The notes beneath the pieces were generated by a model that saw only the letters and a list, made by a program, of their open reading frames with translations, was not told the origin of the DNA and did not search any database. From Bacteriovoracia bacterium (lineage in GTDB: Bacteria; Bdellovibrionota; UBA1018; JBFWNL01), in contig JBFWNL010000003.1 of assembly GCA_050251055.1 (NCBI GenBank), forward strand, positions 96,001 through 160,000: a stretch of 64,000 nucleotides of DNA. Reading direction: 5' to 3'. The translations under genes were made by a program, and so were the position numbers. How positions within the stretch are numbered: position 1 is the first letter of the stretch; each line of letters starts with the position of its first letter. This document shows positions 57,330 to 64,000 of the stretch, piece by piece.

Positions 57330-58952
57330 CTAAAAGCCGGAACGAATTCGGGACAGTAGTTCGTAGATCACGGGATCCTGGGTACCCCGCCGCATTCGCA
57401 GCGCATTTTGGATATCCACAGAGGTGACCCCCACGTAGGGATTCTCGAAGCCGCCGGTCTGGAGCCCACTCACGGAGTACTGGGGCAGGCGTCCACCAAC
57501 CCGCGTGAATACACCATTCAGGCCGGGCCAGTCGAATACCTTCAGACCAGCGAAGACCACGCCATTGACGCCCACACCCGCGTCGGTGTGGAATTCCACG
57601 GCGTGCGAATCCGGGCTCGTGCCGCCCGCCTTTCGCGCGATGATCGTGTTCGTGATGCGGGCCGAGTGAATATGTTCCAGCCACATCCCCAGCCCGCGAC
57701 GCTCGATTCCTTGGGCGGTAACCACGTCATGAGCGTCCATGACGATGTTGCCGTCAGCGACCACGTCGACGCCATTGGACGGCGCCGGTGTATCGGGACA
57801 TCCTCCACAGAGCATCCCCAGCTGAAAACCCATGGCGGCGTCTACGATCAGGTTGTCGCTGAAAACACCCCCACCGCGGTGATGAGCGCCCCAGCCACCC
57901 GATCGCGTGATCAGGTTCTTCCGCACGGTCGAGATCGTGTCTTGCTGGATGTACATCGCCGTACCCCGCAGGTTGGCGGGACGCCCGTCATACATGCCGC
58001 CGCACTGGTCGAACACGTTCTCCTCCACGAGGATGTTTCCGTGATCTTTGGCCAAGTAGAGGCAGAAGTTACCGCCACCCGGATCCGAAGTGCTGGAGCG
58101 GGAAAAGATATTTCTCCGTAACGTCAGATCGGTGATCCCCTCGATGGCGACCAAGCTGGTCGCGTCATGGAAGTGGTTCCCCTCGAGCAAAAGATCACGT
58201 CCGCCGTCTACCCCCCACCGAAAGGCCGTGGCACAACCGGTGGCATCGACCTCGAGATCGGTCAGCGCGAGAAAACTCGATAGGCTGCCTAAGCCCGTGA
58301 TCGCGGCCTCATCGCATAGGGATCCCGGCGCGATGCGCGGGCGGGCGCCGGTACCATAGGCCGTGATCACTTGGCGTGCCGATGGGGAAACTCCCTTCTT
58401 AAGCCCCAACGACTCGCGCCAGGTATCGCCACGTTTTAAGTACAGATAGTCCGGCTGACCGCTGCGAAGCATGCTGTAGCCCTTAGCCAGCGTGCGATAA
58501 GGCAAGGAGATCGTCCCCGGATTGCTGTCACTTCCTGTACTCGAAGAAACGTAGATCATACGGGATGCAGAGCTAGGAACCAGGTCGGTCCAGCCCTGTG
58601 GGACGGGGGGCTCGATTCCGCAGACCGCGGGCTGGGGATCCGCCTGGTAAGCCCGAAAATTCTCGATGAAAGCCACAATGTCCAGCACATCCCCCTGCCC
58701 GTTGCCGTCGAAATCCACCGCCGGCTGAGCTGGGTTGGCGTTAAAAGCAGTGGAAAATGCCGTGATGTCGGAATTGTTCACCACCCCATCTCGATTGAAG
58801 TCCGGACATCGGAGGACCCGGAGCGGACTCGACGAGACCGGCGGATCAATCGGTGACGCAACCTTCAAACGGCGGGCTTCCGCCACCCCCCCCATAAGAC
58901 TCAAACTCAACCCTAATGCAAGGCAGCGAACGGACAAATGCAATGTTCTCAT
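57330..58952 (-). CDS. Secreted right-handed beta-helix protein with N-terminal dockerin-like double EF-hand
   Basis: Signal peptide; CPDFNRDGVVNNSD..AF...VDFDGNGQGDVLD..AF; IYVSSSTGSDSNPGT..PYRTL; LKRGDTW; repeated LLEGN/LRRN/VEENVF; start placed at ATG 58952. Confidence 0.8.
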   Translation of the reverse strand: MRTLHLSVRCLALGLSLSLMGGVAEARRLKVASPIDPPVSSSPLRVLRCPDFNRDGVVNNSDITAFSTAFNANPAQPAVDFDGNGQGDVLDIVAFIENFRAYQADPQPAVCGIEPPVPQGWTDLVPSSASRMIYVSSSTGSDSNPGTISLPYRTLAKGYSMLRSGQPDYLYLKRGDTWRESLGLKKGVSPSARQVITAYGTGARPRIAPGSLCDEAAITGLGSLSSFLALTDLEVDATGCATAFRWGVDGGRDLLLEGNHFHDATSLVAIEGITDLTLRRNIFSRSSTSDPGGGNFCLYLAKDHGNILVEENVFDQCGGMYDGRPANLRGTAMYIQQDTISTVRKNLITRSGGWGAHHRGGGVFSDNLIVDAAMGFQLGMLCGGCPDTPAPSNGVDVVADGNIVMDAHDVVTAQGIERRGLGMWLEHIHSARITNTIIARKAGGTSPDSHAVEFHTDAGVGVNGVVFAGLKVFDWPGLNGVFTRVGGRLPQYSVSGLQTGGFENPYVGVTSVDIQNALRMRRGTQDPVIYELLSRIRSGF

Positions 58953-59107
58953 GATTCCCCCGAATCTAGTTTCAATCCCCCCACTCCCTCGATTGTCCCG
59001 GAGCCGAGCTTCGGACTCCACTCTTCCCGTATCGAGATAAGCATCAACGTATTCTGCCCGTATTCTCTATCCCGCTGATTCGGCCTTCGGCTTGCTTACG
59101 CCTTTCC

Positions 59108-60538
59108 ATGCCTATCTTTGCTTTCCTTTATTTTAGTTCCCTGTTTATCCATCCCAGCCAGGCGACGCCTGAAGCAATCGAACGCGCGCCCTTATTTATA
59201 GGCGAAAACGAACAGCGGGTTCTCCACTTGCCCGGCCTGAAGCGCTTCGCCCTAGGCTCCAACAGGGTCCGCATGACGGCGCTTCCGTCTGATCGTGACA
59301 CCTTCTTACTGAAAGGCGTGTCCGTGGGCGCCACCGACCTTTGGGTGTGGCGGAAAGCTGGACCGCCGGAGCATTGGCCAATCCAAGTCGAGAAATGGAC
59401 GGCCCCCAAGGAAATCCTACGGGCGGTTTCGCAGCTACGGGAAGTAGAAGTAATCCCCGTGGGAGGCCAGGCCGTACTACGGGGAACCATCCACACGCCG
59501 GGCGAGGCATCCCGCGTTCAAGCGCTCCGGCGCGAGTTTCCCCAACACATCACGGACGAGACCACGATCGATCCCGAGTGGCTTATGCGCGCGAAGGCAG
59601 AACTTGAAGCATGGAAAAAGCGGCTTCCCGCGCGCGTGGAGCTCGAGCTCGAACCAGTGGATGACCAACTTTGGTTGCGAGGCGCCGTCAGCGAGCCTTC
59701 GCTACGGGGGAGTTTAGAGACGCAAGCCCGACGCATTTTTCCACCCGTTCAACTGGATCTCGAAGCCCTTCCTTCCCCCAGTAAGACCATTTACTTTCGC
59801 GTTTTCCTGCTCGAGGTAAAACGCCAGGAATTCCAGTCCCTCGGCCTGGGCTGGCCGGGAGCGCAAGAAGGTTTCGTGCGCTTCGCGCCGGGCGCCTGGA
59901 ACACAAACTTCGATTTTAGCCTCCGGCTCCAAGCGTTGTCGCAAACCGGCGGGGTGAAGGTGCTCTCGAACCCCGAGATCCTCGTGCGGGCCCCCGGGGA
60001 AGCCGAGCTCTTCACGGGAGGTGAAGTCCCGCTGCGCCAGCAGAATCACTATATGTTCAAAGTGGAGTACCGACCGTTCGGCCTGATCCTCAAACTCAAG
60101 GTGACCCACTTCACCTCCACTACCGTGCGCTTTGACATCTCCACCGAAGTAAGCCAGCTCGACGCCCAAATCGGCCAAGACCAAATTCCTGGCTTCCAGG
60201 CCAACCGCATGAAAACGCAGATCGACGCCAAATTCGGGCATCCGCTGATGCTCTGCGGGTTGTTGCACGAGAGCATGCGCAGGCGGGTCCAAGGTCTGCC
60301 GGTGCTGAAAGACATCCCCGTACTGGGCAAGCTCTTCGGCTCGGAGGACTACCAAAGCGAGCGCTCGGAACTCGTGGCGGTGGTCATTCCCAACTCCCGT
60401 CCCCCCACCGCGCCCACCGAAAGGCTGGGATTGCACCTTCCCAGGGGCCCCGTACCCCCTCCTCGCAACTGGATCTCGCCAAGGGAAGAGGCCCACCTTC
60501 GACGAAGCCCCAATTTCCCATGGAATGCCTTGGAATGA
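59108..60538 (+). CDS. cpaC: Tad pilus secretin CpaC/RcpA
   Basis: N-terminal pilus-assembly domain (LKG...G.TDL.VW), BON-like region, KVLSNP, GGEVP, PFGL.L, LPVLKDIPVLGKLF.S. Confidence 0.85.
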   Translation: MPIFAFLYFSSLFIHPSQATPEAIERAPLFIGENEQRVLHLPGLKRFALGSNRVRMTALPSDRDTFLLKGVSVGATDLWVWRKAGPPEHWPIQVEKWTAPKEILRAVSQLREVEVIPVGGQAVLRGTIHTPGEASRVQALRREFPQHITDETTIDPEWLMRAKAELEAWKKRLPARVELELEPVDDQLWLRGAVSEPSLRGSLETQARRIFPPVQLDLEALPSPSKTIYFRVFLLEVKRQEFQSLGLGWPGAQEGFVRFAPGAWNTNFDFSLRLQALSQTGGVKVLSNPEILVRAPGEAELFTGGEVPLRQQNHYMFKVEYRPFGLILKLKVTHFTSTTVRFDISTEVSQLDAQIGQDQIPGFQANRMKTQIDAKFGHPLMLCGLLHESMRRRVQGLPVLKDIPVLGKLFGSEDYQSERSELVAVVIPNSRPPTAPTERLGLHLPRGPVPPPRNWISPREEAHLRRSPNFPWNALE

Positions 60539-61482
60539 GCGCGTTCTCCGCTCCCCCGGAAATCCAGGCGGTAGTCGCGGATCCCTTCGTCACGGATATC
60601 TGTCTCAACGGCCCGAGCGAGCTTTATGTCGACCGGGGAAAGAAGCTCGAGTCCGCGCCAGCACCGACCGGCTGGACAGAAGCCGCCTATCGCGAATGGG
60701 CACTCCATCTGGTCTCGCTCACGGGCAAGACTTGGGACGCGAAGCATCCTTTCCTGGACGGCACGCTACCCACCGGACACCGCCTTCACGTCGCCTTCCC
60801 GCCCCTAGCCCGGCAAGGAATCCTGATTTCGTTGCGGCGCTTGCCGGGAGCCCGCTCGGTGGCCGCCGATGGGCCGTCGCGAACCTGGTCTGACCAACCC
60901 GGATACGCTCGATTGAGGGATGCCGTCACGCGCCACGAAAACATTCTGGTCGCGGGCGCGACCGGATCGGGCAAAACCACCCTGGTGAACGAACTCCTCT
61001 CTCATGCCGATCCCGCGGAGCGCATCGTCGCGCTCGAAGACACGCCCGAGCTGCAACCACGACACCCCCACTTCGTGAGCCTGATCGCGCGTCCCGCCAA
61101 CGCCGATGGCTTCGGCGAGGTCACGCTTCGGCAACTCCTGAAACAAACCCTACGCATGCGCCCGGACCGCGTGATCGTCGGGGAGAGCCGGGGCGAAGAG
61201 GTGCTCGATCTTCTGCAAGGCCTGAACACGGGCCACCGGGGGTGTCTCACCACCGTTCACGCCAATTCGGCGCGCGACGGTCTACGTCGCCTCGAGCTGC
61301 TCTGCCTGCTCCACGCCGGGCGCGAGCTCCCCCTGACTAGCGTCCGCGACCTGCTGGCGCATGGGCTGCAGTGGGTCGTCCACCTCGAACGAAACGCCGA
61401 GGGCGCGCGACGAATCCGGGAAATCGTACGGGTGGAGGGAAAGGAAGGGGATACCCTGTTACTTCGGCCGATGCTAAACTAA
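60535..61482 (+). CDS. cpaF: Tad pilus ATPase CpaF/TadA
   Basis: DP.VTDI.LNGP, AGATGSGKTT, LEDTPEL, LRMRPDRVIVGE.RG.E, NTGH.G..TTVHANS; ATGA overlap with cpaC. Confidence 0.92.
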   Translation: MSAFSAPPEIQAVVADPFVTDICLNGPSELYVDRGKKLESAPAPTGWTEAAYREWALHLVSLTGKTWDAKHPFLDGTLPTGHRLHVAFPPLARQGILISLRRLPGARSVAADGPSRTWSDQPGYARLRDAVTRHENILVAGATGSGKTTLVNELLSHADPAERIVALEDTPELQPRHPHFVSLIARPANADGFGEVTLRQLLKQTLRMRPDRVIVGESRGEEVLDLLQGLNTGHRGCLTTVHANSARDGLRRLELLCLLHAGRELPLTSVRDLLAHGLQWVVHLERNAEGARRIREIVRVEGKEGDTLLLRPMLN

Positions 61483-61489
61483 AGGGGCC

Positions 61490-61969
61490 ATGCCGATCGC
61501 GCGCTCTCCTAGCCACGCCCTGGGATTCCGACTAATGGGCCTAGCCTACCTCGCGGCCGGGGTGGGTTTCTTCTTCCTCGAAAGCCAGGCGCTCTATTTA
61601 ATGAATTTTCTGTCGGGGCTTCTCCCCTCGCTTCAGCTGACGGATGTCCCGGCGACCACGGGAAAATTCTGGCTCATTCCGGGAGTCACCCTTTACGTCG
61701 TTTCCAGCTTCCTGTGCTTCGCCACCGCGCAGTTTCCGGCGCGCCGAACTTTCCCCGGGCTACTACTCACGGCCAACGCGGTGTCCGCCGCCTTGTATTG
61801 GTATTTATTTCAACGTGAAGAGCGGCAGGTTGGGTATTGGCTAGGGGTGATCCTCGATGCCAGCGTCGCCGTCCTCGCGCTTTTCGGAGTTCTGCACGCC
61901 ATCGCCCGCCGCACGACTGCCCGTAATCTGGCCGATCTCACCGAAACCCAGGAAATTACCCGGCCATGA
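61490..61969 (+). CDS. Four-TM membrane protein
   Basis: Four hydrophobic segments; 7 nt after cpaF with SD AAGGGG. Confidence 0.7.
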   Translation: MPIARSPSHALGFRLMGLAYLAAGVGFFFLESQALYLMNFLSGLLPSLQLTDVPATTGKFWLIPGVTLYVVSSFLCFATAQFPARRTFPGLLLTANAVSAALYWYLFQREERQVGYWLGVILDASVAVLALFGVLHAIARRTTARNLADLTETQEITRP

Positions 61970-63144
61970 GATTCCTTCTTCTCGCATGCCTGGGTCTAAC
62001 TGGGTTCGCCCTACCCGTCCACGCCTGGGAATTCGACGCCAAATCCGAGGGAAAAACGCATGTCTATTATCGCGATATCGGCGGTCGCGGAGTTTCCGCT
62101 TACGCACAGTCGGTAGTGAACTTCACCTCCTTGAACACGCGCCTACGCGCGAGCACGGAGCGATCCTACTTCGAATTCCAACCCGAGGTTCGCTTCCTCT
62201 TCGGCGACTTCGGCGGCACCACGCCGGCGGACGCCGCCTACCTTTCGGTCCGCTCGCCCGATCGCGCGATCGGCTTAAGCCGTCAGCTTTTTTTAAGTGA
62301 AACCGCGGCGGGTGAGTTCGACGTGCAGCGCCTGAACTACACGTACCAGTACGAAGGCTTGGAATTCTCGATCGGACGAAAACCGTTTAGCCTGGGCGTG
62401 CTCCGGGCGATGCCGGTTTGGAATAAATTTTCGCGCCCGTTGCCCGTTACGGCCGGGCCCGCGCTCATTCACGGCGTGGACTCGCTGGCCTATCGTCATC
62501 AAATCGGCGACTGGGTGATGGAAAATGTTTTGGTCGCAGGACCGCGCCGGGAGGAGCACGCGCTTTTCCTGCAGGGAATCTGGTTCGCCGAATTCGCGGA
62601 ACTCCACGGGTTAGTGGCCCGCTGGTGGGACGCCTGGGTGCTCGGTTTCGCGATGGCTAAAGATGTGGGCGGCGCCACCTTGCGCACGGAAATTCTCGGC
62701 ATCGACGTTACGGCAGGCGGTCCCGAGCGCCAGCTGCAGTGGGGTTTGGGCGGAGAGTACGCGCTTAATGAAAACTGGAGCCTACTCGCCGAGGTCCTCT
62801 ACCAAAGCCGCGGGATTACCCAGACGGCGGACTATACCGTCGCCCTGCCTTCGCGGTTCATGTCGTTCCGCGGTCGCTGGTACAGCCTGCTCCAGGCCCA
62901 ATACAAGGCAAACGCGCTGTGGACGCTTTCGCTGGGCATCCTAACGAACTGCACGGACTTCAGCCATTACCTCAGTCCCAAGGCCCAGTACGCCATCAAC
63001 CAGAAGGCCGACTTTTTCGTAGAAGCAAATCTTCCCGTAGGCGGACACCTCACCGAATACTCGGCGCGCTCGATTTCCGCGACGAACGGACTTTACTACG
63101 GCGCCCCCACGCAAATCACCGCGGGCCTGAACTTCGCATTTTAG
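61966..63144 (+). CDS. Outer-membrane beta-barrel protein
   Basis: Signal peptide (VHA); RLNY, SIGRKPFSLG, GVD motifs; C-terminal AGLNFAF beta-signal. Confidence 0.75.
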   Translation: MRFLLLACLGLTGFALPVHAWEFDAKSEGKTHVYYRDIGGRGVSAYAQSVVNFTSLNTRLRASTERSYFEFQPEVRFLFGDFGGTTPADAAYLSVRSPDRAIGLSRQLFLSETAAGEFDVQRLNYTYQYEGLEFSIGRKPFSLGVLRAMPVWNKFSRPLPVTAGPALIHGVDSLAYRHQIGDWVMENVLVAGPRREEHALFLQGIWFAEFAELHGLVARWWDAWVLGFAMAKDVGGATLRTEILGIDVTAGGPERQLQWGLGGEYALNENWSLLAEVLYQSRGITQTADYTVALPSRFMSFRGRWYSLLQAQYKANALWTLSLGILTNCTDFSHYLSPKAQYAINQKADFFVEANLPVGGHLTEYSARSISATNGLYYGAPTQITAGLNFAF

Positions 63145-63151
63145 TCGAACG

Positions 63152-63934
63152 TCACTTCGGGGCGGGCTTGCGCAGGAACTCCTGGGTAAAGACGCTCGGC
63201 GAGATAGCCTGGTCAAAAACCATTTCCTGATAAACGAGGGTCGTCTTCGATTTCTTCTTCACCGTCGTCATGCTGAGCTGGTTCGGGACGGTATGATCGC
63301 CGTACGTCTTGATCTCGAGCGTCTCCAACACTTTCAGAAGCTCCCCGGTTTCTGAGTAAAACTCCTGCTTCAACGGCACGGAGTCGGAAGCCCGCAGCCA
63401 TACGTGGACCTTCCCCCAAACCACCGGCGCGTCGGGCCTTGGCTCGCAGAGAATCTTCACGGCGGCGTGATCACCGAGCTTTTCCTTCCCTACCGTCGAG
63501 TGCTTATAGTCGCGCGCGAGGCTACTCGTCTTCACCAGGTCGTCATTGGAAAAATCAGAGCCCATCCAACTCTGGAGCATCAGGCTCGACGGAATCTTCA
63601 CGATGCGCTCGATGTTGGGCAGGTACTGCCAAAGGTTCATCTCCAGGCGCAAGTTACCCGTATCGCGATCCTTGGGCGGGTTCAGGATCTTTACCACCGC
63701 GCGATCGTTTCCCTGGGTCCAGGCGCGAAACGCCAGCTCCCGCGCCGGCCCTCCCGACTCGATCCGCAAAGTCGCGCGCGCTTGCAGGGTTTTCCCCCGC
63801 ATCTGTTTTTCGGCCCGCTCGATCCGTTGGCTGGAATCGTCCGCGCTCCATGCGAACCGGTGCGTGGATACCGCCACGAACTCTAAGCCTATGAATGCAC
63901 CGACAAATAGAACGAATGGGAGTTTCCGCCGCAT
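63152..63934 (-). CDS. Outer-membrane lipoprotein-sorting protein (LolA-like)
   Basis: PPKDR.TG.L, LWQYLP..ER..KI.SS....SWMGSDFSNDD, APVVWGK, E.YSE.G.LLK, F..EFL. Confidence 0.88.
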   Translation of the reverse strand: MRRKLPFVLFVGAFIGLEFVAVSTHRFAWSADDSSQRIERAEKQMRGKTLQARATLRIESGGPARELAFRAWTQGNDRAVVKILNPPKDRDTGNLRLEMNLWQYLPNIERIVKIPSSLMLQSWMGSDFSNDDLVKTSSLARDYKHSTVGKEKLGDHAAVKILCEPRPDAPVVWGKVHVWLRASDSVPLKQEFYSETGELLKVLETLEIKTYGDHTVPNQLSMTTVKKKSKTTLVYQEMVFDQAISPSVFTQEFLRKPAPK

Positions 63935-64000
63935 CCTTCCTGCATAGTTTACTTTCAGATGCCCGTCACCTATAACTATTACCCGGCGTGGAGTCGCATT

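Noticed and set aside
1-64000. CRISPR array, tRNA/rRNA, IS, prophage or defence system
   Set aside because: No regularly spaced repeats, RNA-gene signatures, transposase, integrase or phage genes seen by eye; mazG is the housekeeping two-domain type.

Overview
GC-rich bacterial chromosome segment, probably Bdellovibrionota/Oligoflexia-like (inferred from gene content and pilin and flagellar gene style). The core is a roughly 31 kb minus-strand flagellar cluster: TPR protein, sigma54 activator, flgBC-fliEFGHI, fliJ-motE-like-fliK-flgD-TIGR02530-flgE, fliLMNOPQR-flhBAF-flhG-fliA. A plus-strand three-gene transport cassette interrupts it between fliI and fliJ. The flanks hold a giant Ig-repeat/GLUG protein followed by a type IV pilin, housekeeping genes (frameshifted prfB, ybeY, mazG, coaE, metK), mlaEFD, a second receiver-less sigma54 activator, several orphan secreted proteins, a dockerin-like/beta-helix protein, and a partial Tad locus (cpaC, cpaF). 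No rRNA, tRNA, CRISPR array or transposase was seen. The best novelty candidate is the cassette, which pairs two solute-binding proteins with a motif-altered DAACS symporter and has no ABC ATPase. Also notable are a structured GGA-hairpin leader upstream of flgE, an apparent pseudo-ATPase FlhG, and a FliA with a long charged N-terminal insert. All family calls come from motif recognition by eye; no database searches were run.
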